Below, piece after piece: positions 17,401-24,294 of a stretch of 24,294 nt of DNA; position 1 is the first letter of the stretch; the number at the start of each line of letters is the position of its first letter. Source of the stretch: a virus (Duplodnaviria; Caudoviricetes); the IMG/VR virus record IMGVR_UViG_3300005611_000187, positions 1 through 24,294 of that record; one strand, written 5' to 3'. A program made the translations under genes and the position numbers. Under the pieces are notes generated by a model. It did not search any database. It was not told where the DNA came from and worked only from the letters and a program-made list of their open reading frames with translations.

Positions 17401-18533
17401 TTATTGCAAGGGGCATTGAAATCACACCATATAACATCCGATCTAAGTACAATGAAATCAGGGCTGATATTAAAGGTCGTCAAGCTCTTGGTGCATTGAT
17501 GGTTACTGGTGCGGTTAGTTTGTTCATGACTGATCGTATTACTGGTAATGGTCTTTATAATCGTCAACGTCAAGCACTAAGACGTGATGCTGACTGGAAA
17601 CCACGGTCTATCCGTTTACCTGGTGGTAAATGGGTTAGCTACGATAACCTTGGTCCTGTTACTAATTGGCTAGCATTGACTGCTGATGTCATGGATAACT
17701 TCGATTCGTTGTCCCCTAATGATGTTGGTGAGCAGCTTCGTAAGCTTGGTTTTGTTGTAGCTTCTTCTATCACTGAGAAGACTATGTTGGCTGGTATCGA
17801 ACCCTTCCTTGATGTGATTAGGGGTGATGTTGGTGCTATCAACAAATGGGCTTCTAGCTTCCTTACAAGTGCTGTAGTACCTGGTTCTAGCCAACTAGCT
17901 GAAATCTCACGTCTTATGGATCCTGGTTTGAAAGAGGTAGAGATGAATGTATTTGATCTTGTCCAAAATCGGATTCCAGTACTTAAAAATCAGCTTGCTC
18001 CTAAACATGATTACATTGACGGTGGTTTAGTTGGTGTTCCTGATAACTTTATGGCACGAGTGTGGAACACTTATATGCCATGGAAAGTTAACGGTAAGAT
18101 CAGTCCAGAGAAGCAATTCCTGATTGATATTGAATACGATGCACGTCCTACACTTCGTACTAACGGTAAGGGGGTTGAACTAACACCTGAAGAACGATCT
18201 GAGATTACAGATATCATGGGTCGTGATGGGCTATTTAAAGCTGGTATTCAACGAGTAATGCAAAATACTTCAGTTAAGAAATTTAGGGAGAACTTTAAAA
18301 AAGCTTTAAAAAACCCTGAATTAAATCCAGATCTTAGTGAATTTGAAGGTGTTCATATTATGTTGGATAGAGAATTACGACAAGCTATGAGGATGGCTTC
18401 TGCTACTGCACCTAGCCGTGACTCTATTAATCGTAAGCAATACGTTCAAGAGGTTGTTGGTAATTATCTCAGGAGTGGTGATCAGTCTGCTGCTGAACGG
18501 TTCCTTGACTACATGGAGAACTTCTCTTACTAA
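14436..18533 (+). CDS. Internal virion (ejection) protein, gp16-like
   Basis: 1365-aa largely helical protein with Gly-rich hydrophobic stretches; largest core gene, immediately before the gp17-like fibre. Confidence 0.78.
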   Translation: MNDYEEQLLAGMPELTEEQRQRILLEQQQVQAQLEQLETQQVEQPKASQPDVTAGGMGEPSPTPTPTERRSIRDVQIGGELETFATDPRGSFEAALSIPTGVLDFGADLLNMIPNVNIPKVPKFENDVAQSVRELSSIVIPTLTLGGAGTTALKGAAKGSKFLSDPLVRKIGEVGFSAGTGAFVDYTVELNQQDDNLAGTLKKSWPRWFGWIPDDIATLDTDSPDVKRGKNVTEGTTLGVGTDILLGLSRLIKAIRGVDRATQWVPESEKAKNWFKENLELEGTPEEVVEASAAKRSEALDEIGGYNLDGRTTTTETPMTAKDYYIESQSVDFAGTPEEAAEFYSRAWDESLTPEMKQQWEQMAAENPVRIQQTVDESQPIFGYHDLYGYQEQGIRSADDLGIVGASVDAVRIMNNIDSVYGRVGSVVTEGALKYGLEAAGNQETIIRGLAKQLQDAGEYGYKTASGKYITFDQIQKTGEDLASQFYRMDVGQLKTALKQFQGVDVDTGAPVLQSEAYAGVMGAIKKYMDDYMNMDYIRAQAYVGTSMAGQVSDMAQGMRLTMESPAIERAQEQILDRVEFLMAQKGMTSYSRGRALNMLNLWNRMTMKGSKAADKAEATRLANLVKNENNNTLAAIERIKQDAKETVDTLRVIKEEQPELLAPLMMAYELTDGNVNSITRLNNYVKQSLGVLNKAFIDQQPEIPSVVMRGFYSNVYNSVLSAFATPIKAGLANTALLIEKPFRATIGALITGDTETIRRGFYQFGNVTETLGDAFDYMKQVFKRSADDPYLIEVRDDIGLRNEQQLEVLNSFAEAKASQGEYGPQVMMEIVKNMNDLANHPWLRLGNRSMQAFDGFTQSMIATFEAKGRAFDEVTRGGKLPFDAEKADAMYRKVREGMFDEDDLISDDAVKATAGEIALNLDNVANNALSALIRRAPLLKPFLLFTKTPLNELALSATYTPLGIFVRDLGAFGRNFEDMPYEEVEQLLIARGIEITPYNIRSKYNEIRADIKGRQALGALMVTGAVSLFMTDRITGNGLYNRQRQALRRDADWKPRSIRLPGGKWVSYDNLGPVTNWLALTADVMDNFDSLSPNDVGEQLRKLGFVVASSITEKTMLAGIEPFLDVIRGDVGAINKWASSFLTSAVVPGSSQLAEISRLMDPGLKEVEMNVFDLVQNRIPVLKNQLAPKHDYIDGGLVGVPDNFMARVWNTYMPWKVNGKISPEKQFLIDIEYDARPTLRTNGKGVELTPEERSEITDIMGRDGLFKAGIQRVMQNTSVKKFRENFKKALKNPELNPDLSEFEGVHIMLDRELRQAMRMASATAPSRDSINRKQYVQEVVGNYLRSGDQSAAERFLDYMENFSY

Positions 18534-18535
18534 AA

Positions 18536-21070
18536 ATGGCAATTACACAAAATACTTATACAGGGGACGGATCTACCGTCCTCTTTTCTTTTACATTTCC
18601 ATATATCGTTGAGTCTGACATCAAGATAAGTCTTGATGGGACTCCTACAACTGCATATACTCTTGCCAATGCTACAACTATTCAGTTTAATACTGCTCCT
18701 GCTAACGGTGTAGATATCCGTATTTATCGTGATACTGACATCGATACTCTTAGTGCTGAGTTTTTCCCTGGTTCTGCTATTCGAGCTGAAGACCTAAATA
18801 ATAACTTTACTCAGAATAACTACGCTGTCCAAGAGATCTCTAATAATACTTGGGATAATGATACTGAAACCATCAAGTCAAATGAGACTTGGGTAGATAG
18901 TGACAGCCAGATTTCTACAACTCAAGCAGCTACAAATCGATTCCAAACACTTGTACAACTTGTTACACCTACTGCTGCTCAATCAGCTACAGGTAGGAGT
19001 TGGCTACAAAATGATACTGATCTTACGTTCTCTGTATATGACGGAGCTAACTGGATTGGTATTGTTTCTGGTGGTACATTTACCAATCAGCCTAAGGTTG
19101 TTTATGTAGATGCTTCAAGCGGTAGTGATACCAATGATGGACACCGTATCAGTCGCCCCAAGAAGACCATTAAAGCTGCTATTACACAGATCAATAACGA
19201 TGCTACCTACGGTGATGGTAGTGTTGTTGTAGTGGCTCCTGGGGTCTATCAGGAGGTTGCACCAATTGATATCCAGAAGGCTAATGTATCCATTATTGGC
19301 CAAGCTCTCCGTAGCTGTATTGTACATCCTACTGTAGCAACTGAAGAGAATTCTTTGTTCCGTGTCAATAGTGGTTCTTACCTACAGAACTTGACATTTA
19401 CTGGTATGAAGGCTAGCGGTGCTTTGGGTAATTCAGTTGACGCTGATCTGCCTGTTAATCAAGGTTGGAATGTTTCGTTCTATCCTGGGGCTACGATTTA
19501 CAAATCACCGTATATCCAGAACTGCACTAATTTCTCTGATAGTCAAATTGATAACAGTAATTTAAATGCTATTACCCCTGCTGGTGGTGCTGCTGGTGAT
19601 CTTACCTCATCTCCTACTGGTGGTGGTTTGTTAGTTGATGGTTCTGTTGTCAATAGTGCTAGTCCGTTGCGGTCAATGGTGTGCGATAGTTACACCCATG
19701 TTGGTCTTAATGGTCCTGGTATTCTTGTCACCAATAATGGTTATGCTCAATGTACCAGTAGCTATGCTTTCTTCAATAAGTATCACATCAAATGTCTAAA
19801 CGGTGGTCAGGCTAACCTAGCTGCCTCTACAACAGACTTTGGTGATGAAGCCCTAGTAGCAGATGGTAAGTCCACTACAGCTATCTTTACGTCCAATGTG
19901 GATGGAGCTGCAACTGATGGTGATCTTACCTTTAACATTAACGAACCTGTTGCTGATGCAAGTTGGCATGGTTCTGAGGTACGTCCTCAGGGCAATATGC
20001 TTGTTACTGTTAATGGTGTTACATATCCTGTGTTGTCTGCTACTCCTAATACTGATAGTGAAGGAGGAGATGGTTGGACTGTAACGATTAGTCGTCCTAA
20101 TCCAAGCAAACGAAGTGAGAACCTTGGTCTTAATGGTAATGTTGCTGATAACCTTGCTGTTAGCTTCTACCTTCGGTCTATGATCGCATCTAGTGGTCAT
20201 ACGATGGAATATGTTGGTAGTGGTACTGATTATCGTGCACTACCTGAAAATGGTGGTGTACCGGATGACTCTAAACAGATTATAGAGTCTAATGGTGGTA
20301 AGGTCTGGACTGCTATTACTGATCAGAACGGTAAGTTCAAGATTGGTGATTTTTTTGAAGTTGATCAACGTACTGGTTTTATTAACTTCAGTGCTGGGTC
20401 GTATGCCTTTGATGTTGTTACTGACACTACTCCTGAATTGGGTGGTCAGTTGGATGCACTTAATAATAAGATTGTTAATCTTGATGATCCAACAAGTGCT
20501 CAAGATGCAGCGACTAAGAACTATGTGGATACTAATGCACTGTCTACAAGTGATATTGGAGTAACTGTTCAGGGATATGATGCAGACATCGCTAAGTATG
20601 ATGACACTACTGCTAACTTTACTGGTACTCTTCAACAGGGTGGTTCTGATGTAGTGCTTGATAGTGATATTGGTGTTAGTGTACAGGCGTACGATGCTGA
20701 TACGGCTAAACTTGACGTAGCTCAAACGTTCACTGCTGATCAAACATTTACTAATACCCAAACATTCCCCACTATCCCAGCTAACGCTAAAACTGCAGCT
20801 TATACGCTTGTAGCAAGTGATGCTGGTAAACATATCAGTATTACAACAGGTGGTGTGACAATCCCTAGCGGTGTATTTAATGTTGGTGAAGCTATTAGTG
20901 TGTACAATAACAGTACATCTACACAAACTATCACTCAAGGTAGCGGTGTAACTTTACGTCTTTCTGCTACTACAATTTCAGGTAATCGATCACTTTCTTC
21001 TTACGGATTATGTTCAATCCTATGCGTAGCTTCAAACGTTTTTGTAATTTCTGGAAGTGGGTTGTCATGA
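18536..21070 (+). CDS. Tail fibre/spike with T7 gp17 N-terminal anchor and a probable parallel beta-helix domain
   Basis: N-terminus YTGDGSTVLFSFTFPY...IRIYRDT...F.PGSAIRAEDLNNNFTQ is the gp17 anchor. VYVDASSGSDTNDG...PKKTIKAA and VVVAPGVYQE...VSIIG are typical beta-helix entry motifs; later KIVNLDDPTSAQDAATKNYVD is a trimeric stalk motif. Confidence 0.88.
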   Translation: MAITQNTYTGDGSTVLFSFTFPYIVESDIKISLDGTPTTAYTLANATTIQFNTAPANGVDIRIYRDTDIDTLSAEFFPGSAIRAEDLNNNFTQNNYAVQEISNNTWDNDTETIKSNETWVDSDSQISTTQAATNRFQTLVQLVTPTAAQSATGRSWLQNDTDLTFSVYDGANWIGIVSGGTFTNQPKVVYVDASSGSDTNDGHRISRPKKTIKAAITQINNDATYGDGSVVVVAPGVYQEVAPIDIQKANVSIIGQALRSCIVHPTVATEENSLFRVNSGSYLQNLTFTGMKASGALGNSVDADLPVNQGWNVSFYPGATIYKSPYIQNCTNFSDSQIDNSNLNAITPAGGAAGDLTSSPTGGGLLVDGSVVNSASPLRSMVCDSYTHVGLNGPGILVTNNGYAQCTSSYAFFNKYHIKCLNGGQANLAASTTDFGDEALVADGKSTTAIFTSNVDGAATDGDLTFNINEPVADASWHGSEVRPQGNMLVTVNGVTYPVLSATPNTDSEGGDGWTVTISRPNPSKRSENLGLNGNVADNLAVSFYLRSMIASSGHTMEYVGSGTDYRALPENGGVPDDSKQIIESNGGKVWTAITDQNGKFKIGDFFEVDQRTGFINFSAGSYAFDVVTDTTPELGGQLDALNNKIVNLDDPTSAQDAATKNYVDTNALSTSDIGVTVQGYDADIAKYDDTTANFTGTLQQGGSDVVLDSDIGVSVQAYDADTAKLDVAQTFTADQTFTNTQTFPTIPANAKTAAYTLVASDAGKHISITTGGVTIPSGVFNVGEAISVYNNSTSTQTITQGSGVTLRLSATTISGNRSLSSYGLCSILCVASNVFVISGSGLS
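20549..20701 (+). repeat. Two-copy peptide repeat in the fibre stalk
   Basis: SDIGVTVQGYDAD (from 20549) and SDIGVSVQAYDAD (from 20663), 114 nt apart; synonymous sites have diverged. Confidence 0.8.
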
Positions 21071-21831
21071 GTATTTTACAGATGCTAGCAACATCTAGTA
21101 GGAATTTGGCTAACCCAGATTCGTTTGCTAATAATCTAGTTATTGGTGTCAGCGGTAGCAGTGATCATGGTCTTACTAATGTTGCAGGGTTAGTCAATAC
21201 TTCTACATCAACATTTAGTCAGATTGTACCACGAGGATCTGCACAGTCAACATTTTCTACAACAAATAAATATTACAATACATCATTAGAACTAGGCACC
21301 AGATCAGGTACATCAGGTTGGTTTGCTTTTGAAAGCCCAAATATTGCTGCATTTGGTTCTAGTAACTTTACCTTAGAAACTTGGGTGTACATCCCAACTT
21401 TTTCTGGGCTAACTCAATGTTCATTGTGGTTTCATACAAATGAAGTAGATAATACTGGATTTCAATGCTTCATTTGTGGCGATAGCTTCGGAGATGTCTC
21501 TGCAAGGCGTGGAATCTTCTTTACTGGTGGTGCTGGGGCAGAAGTAAATATTGCATTTAACTGCCTTTCTCCTAACACTTGGCATCACATTGCTGTTGTA
21601 CGTAATGGGTCTGCATCTAATTCATTGAAAATTTATGTTGATGGTGTTGATAGGACCAGTTATCGAAGTGCTAGTGGTAATCCTAACTGGACTTACACTG
21701 GCCTTTTGTATGTAGCAGCTCCTAGCTCAGAAACGGGTTGGAATACAGTAAAGCTACAGGACTATCGTGTTTATCAAGGAGTTGCTAAGTATACTAGTAA
21801 CTTTACTCCACCTAGTCAAATGTTCGTTTAA
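21067..21831 (+). CDS. LamG/concanavalin A-like lectin domain protein, probable receptor-binding tip
   Basis: FGSSNFTLETWVY, NTWHHIAVVRNG, LKIYVDGV and QDYRVYQGVAKYTSNFTPP are LamG-like motifs of cyanophage tail proteins. The ATG at 21067 overlaps the fibre stop (ATGA) and is preferred over 21010. Confidence 0.85.
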   Translation: MSILQMLATSSRNLANPDSFANNLVIGVSGSSDHGLTNVAGLVNTSTSTFSQIVPRGSAQSTFSTTNKYYNTSLELGTRSGTSGWFAFESPNIAAFGSSNFTLETWVYIPTFSGLTQCSLWFHTNEVDNTGFQCFICGDSFGDVSARRGIFFTGGAGAEVNIAFNCLSPNTWHHIAVVRNGSASNSLKIYVDGVDRTSYRSASGNPNWTYTGLLYVAAPSSETGWNTVKLQDYRVYQGVAKYTSNFTPPSQMFV

Positions 21832-21842
21832 CTTTAAATACC

Positions 21843-22031
21843 ATGCTAGTACAAGACATCGCGGGTCTTTATATCCCGCAACACGATTACATCTCAATCT
21901 CTCCTTCAGCTGCACCAACTGATGGGGATCAAACAATTACATATAAAATTGGTGGAGCTAGTGGTTCAACCGTAGCTATCCTTACTGTTACTTATGTTAG
22001 TGGTAATGTTTCTACAGTGGTGAGGAACTAA
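21843..22031 (+). CDS. Small beta-rich tail-associated hypothetical protein (62 aa)
   Basis: GLYIPQHDYIS...TYKIGGASGSTVAILTVTY; fills the gap between the LamG and second fibre genes with normal codon usage. Confidence 0.75.
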   Translation: MLVQDIAGLYIPQHDYISISPSAAPTDGDQTITYKIGGASGSTVAILTVTYVSGNVSTVVRN

Positions 22032-22033
22032 TC

Positions 22034-23899
22034 ATGGCTTATAGGTTTAATCCGTTTACCGGTAAATTAGATGGGTTTGGTCCTGTATTGACAGGTACTG
22101 GTACGGTTAGTGCTGCTGACGGTACTGCAGCGTTACCTGGCATTGCCTTTGCTAGTGATCTAAATACTGGCATTTATCGTCCTGGAGCAGACCAAGTAGC
22201 CATCTCGACTAATTCCCTTCAGCGTCTTGCTGTCGACGCAAGTGGAAATATCAATATCGACAGCGGTGGTGTCTATTACGATGCTGTCAACAACCGATTA
22301 GCGGTCGGCACTACAAGTCCTCAGTTTCAACTTCAAGTAGTAAACGGAGGGATAGATAGCAGAGGCTCAGGACAAGGACTAACTTTTAGGAATAACATTT
22401 ACTATTCTGCGGGAGATAAATATCTAACAGGTAGCGGAGCCGCTTCGACCCAGTATTTTGATGGGTCTGGCAATATCATCTTTTATAATACCGGCACAAG
22501 TAGTACGGGAGCTGATAGTGCTTGCACGCTTTTTGAACGCGCCCGCATCGACAGCTCGGGCCGCTTAGGCTTGGGGACTTCTAGCCCTACAAGTACGCTT
22601 CACGTCGATAAAGATACAGGGTCGACTCCGACGGTCTATATTAACAATAGTGGCGTTGACGCTGGAGATGGTATTGCGCTAAAAGTGCAAGCATCTCAAA
22701 GAGGTACTTCGGTTGGCGATGCGTCTGTATTTAGTGTCCATAACAACGCAAGTGAGATATTTACTGTTCGTAACGATGGCAACGTAGGGATTGGCACTAC
22801 GAGTCCTGAGGGGACTCTGCACGTTAATGCTGGTGGAACTTACCCAAGTTACAGTAATCTTATTTTTAAGAGTAGTGCAAATTATGAAACCACTCTTTAT
22901 TTGAACAATGGCTCACCTGGACATCACCAAATAACTGCCAATGCGTATACCGAGGCTTTGACAATCAATGCCCCTTACAGCGCACAAGGAAACATCAGGT
23001 TCAACACAGCTGGTTCAGAACGCGCCCGCATCGACAGCTCCGGCAGGCTCTTAGTTGGCACGTCTTCGAGCGTTGATAGCGCATCAACACTGCAGGTCAA
23101 AAACGGTTATCTAAACCTATACCATGGAGATTCAGCAACCAACTCAGGATACGGCATTAGGTTTTCAACTGATGGCGGCGCCACAGGTTTAACACATGCC
23201 CAGATTGGTCTATCCCAAACTGCAGGCAACGGAGGCACCTTATTGTTCTCCACTACTGCCGACGGGGCAAGCAGCACGACGGAGCGGATGAGGATTAGCA
23301 ATGCAGGTACTACAACAATTACTTCTGCCGCTGCCACCGCACCTTTTGTTGCCAAGATCAGCACCAGTGAAGTTGCCCGCATCGACAGCTCCGGCAGGTT
23401 GTTAGTTGGCACGTCTACTTCGTCTACTATTCGCGGTATACAATCAAGTTTCCAGCTTGCTTCAAATGGTGCTGAAGGATCGTCTATCTCAATATACCGA
23501 TACGACGACGCTGCTACTGACGCCAACAGTCCACGCCTTATACTTGCTCGCTCTGGTGGAACATCGTTAAATAATACTATCGTTGGTGCTGACAATGTTT
23601 TAGGTGAGATTGCTTTCTGCGGCGCAGATGGTGTTGACTTGGCTACTCAAGCAGCTCTCATCAAGGCAGAAGTAGACGGCACCCCTGGCTCTGACGATAT
23701 GCCTGGGCGTTTAGTGTTCTCCGTTACTGCAGATGGCGCGTCATCACCAACAGAAGCGATGCGTATCAAGAATTCGCGCATCATTAACATCGCCAACACG
23801 CCCGTTTATGCTGATAACGCTGCTGCCAAAACTGGCGGCCTTGTTGACGGAGATGTGTACCGCACCTCCACCGGGGACCTGAAGATCGTTTACACCTAA
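22034..23899 (+). CDS. Second, modular fibre protein with repeated (E)RARIDSSGRLLVGT / GTTSP modules
   Basis: 621 aa, Gly/Ser/Thr-rich; N-terminal YRFNPFTGKLD, then GTAALPGIAFASDLNTGIYRPGADQVAIST and repeated beta-hairpin fibre junctions. No gp17 anchor and no C-terminal S74 chaperone are visible. Confidence 0.85.
   Translation: MAYRFNPFTGKLDGFGPVLTGTGTVSAADGTAALPGIAFASDLNTGIYRPGADQVAISTNSLQRLAVDASGNINIDSGGVYYDAVNNRLAVGTTSPQFQLQVVNGGIDSRGSGQGLTFRNNIYYSAGDKYLTGSGAASTQYFDGSGNIIFYNTGTSSTGADSACTLFERARIDSSGRLGLGTSSPTSTLHVDKDTGSTPTVYINNSGVDAGDGIALKVQASQRGTSVGDASVFSVHNNASEIFTVRNDGNVGIGTTSPEGTLHVNAGGTYPSYSNLIFKSSANYETTLYLNNGSPGHHQITANAYTEALTINAPYSAQGNIRFNTAGSERARIDSSGRLLVGTSSSVDSASTLQVKNGYLNLYHGDSATNSGYGIRFSTDGGATGLTHAQIGLSQTAGNGGTLLFSTTADGASSTTERMRISNAGTTTITSAAATAPFVAKISTSEVARIDSSGRLLVGTSTSSTIRGIQSSFQLASNGAEGSSISIYRYDDAATDANSPRLILARSGGTSLNNTIVGADNVLGEIAFCGADGVDLATQAALIKAEVDGTPGSDDMPGRLVFSVTADGASSPTEAMRIKNSRIINIANTPVYADNAAAKTGGLVDGDVYRTSTGDLKIVYT
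22535..23416 (+). repeat. Three dispersed direct repeats at fibre module junctions
   Basis: Core GCCCGCATCGACAGCTC is identical at 22541-22557, 23024-23040 and 23375-23391. Copies 1 and 2 share 23 nt (22535-57, 23018-40); copies 2 and 3 share 40/42 nt (23024-65, 23375-416). Confidence 0.93.
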
Positions 23900-23935
23900 G
23901 CCAGGGCGACAAGACCTACTCTCTACTCTATTTTT

Positions 23936-23966
23936 GAGCCTACCAACCCGGTGGGCTCTTTTTTTT
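23936..23966 (+). terminator. Intrinsic terminator after the second fibre gene
   Basis: GAGCCTACC-AACCC-GGTGGGCTC (9 bp with one G-U pair) followed by 8 T. Confidence 0.85.
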
Positions 23967-23992
23967 CACCCTATACACATTTTTTATCAATC

Positions 23993-24294
23993 ATGACTAC
24001 TTTTACTTGGAATATTGCAAACCTTGAGCGTGAAACTGCTGATGGCTTTGTGTTCACTGTTCATTATACCATTAATGCTAAAAACGATACGTACTCTTCG
24101 GGTGCATACGGTTCTATTGGCCTTGAGCGTCCCGATAACCTGATTCCTTTTGCTGACCTCACTGAAGAAACCGTGGTGAATTGGGTAAAAGAGAAGTTGG
24201 GTGATGAAAAGGTAGCTGAAATTAAAGCTGCACTCCAAGCTCAACTCGACGAACAAGCTGCTCCCACTAAAGCATCAGGTCTACCTTGGGTTAA
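23993..24294 (+). CDS. Conserved tail-fibre-associated protein (possible assembly factor), runs off the window; not in the ORF track
   Basis: MTTFTWNIANLERETADGFVFTVHYTINAKNDTYSSGAYGSIGLERPDNLIPFADLTEETVVNWVKEKLG...KASGLPWV; no stop before base 24294. The IPFADLTEE.V..WV and terminal LPW motifs are typical of proteins that follow fibre genes. Confidence 0.8.
   Translation, partial: MTTFTWNIANLERETADGFVFTVHYTINAKNDTYSSGAYGSIGLERPDNLIPFADLTEETVVNWVKEKLGDEKVAEIKAALQAQLDEQAAPTKASGLPWV

Noticed and set aside
20240-20938. 232-aa antisense ORF in the first fibre, and similar antisense ORFs in gp16 and at 23107-23595 and 23987-24256
   Set aside because: Shadows of + strand genes with Ser/Ile/Thr-rich antisense composition; the last is opposite the real ORF starting at 23993.
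22535-23416. CRISPR array, diversity-generating retroelement or invertible shufflon
   Set aside because: Repeats are in-frame, direct and hundreds of bp apart. No adenine-specific TR/VR pair, inverted copies, reverse transcriptase or recombinase is seen in the window.

Overview
Late (morphogenesis) region of a T7-like (Autographiviridae-type) podovirus that infects a picocyanobacterium. All credible genes are on the + strand and tightly packed. Order: 3' end of a class I ribonucleotide reductase beta subunit, two small/medium hypotheticals, portal (gp8), scaffold (gp9), an accessory island, a ~150-nt structured leader, major capsid (gp10) with a T-phi-like terminator, tail tubes A/B (gp11/gp12), three ejection proteins (gp14/15/16-like), then a five-gene receptor-binding block. 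The island holds hli, several tiny Lys-rich ORFs missed by the ORF track (one apparently a deletion remnant), an RlpA-like lytic transglycosylase, psbA and a GH19 endolysin. The receptor-binding block holds a gp17-anchored fibre/spike, a LamG protein, a 62-aa protein, a second GC-richer modular fibre and a truncated downstream ORF. Most interesting unexplained signals: (i) a miniature tRNA-like fold plus a multi-hairpin, possibly kissing-loop, leader in front of the capsid gene; (ii) near-identical DNA repeats at module junctions of the second fibre; (iii) a SleB-like hydrolase on gp15; (iv) an HMG-box-like acidic segment in gp16; (v) psbA sandwiched between two peptidoglycan enzymes. All family calls come from motif recognition by eye; no searches were run.
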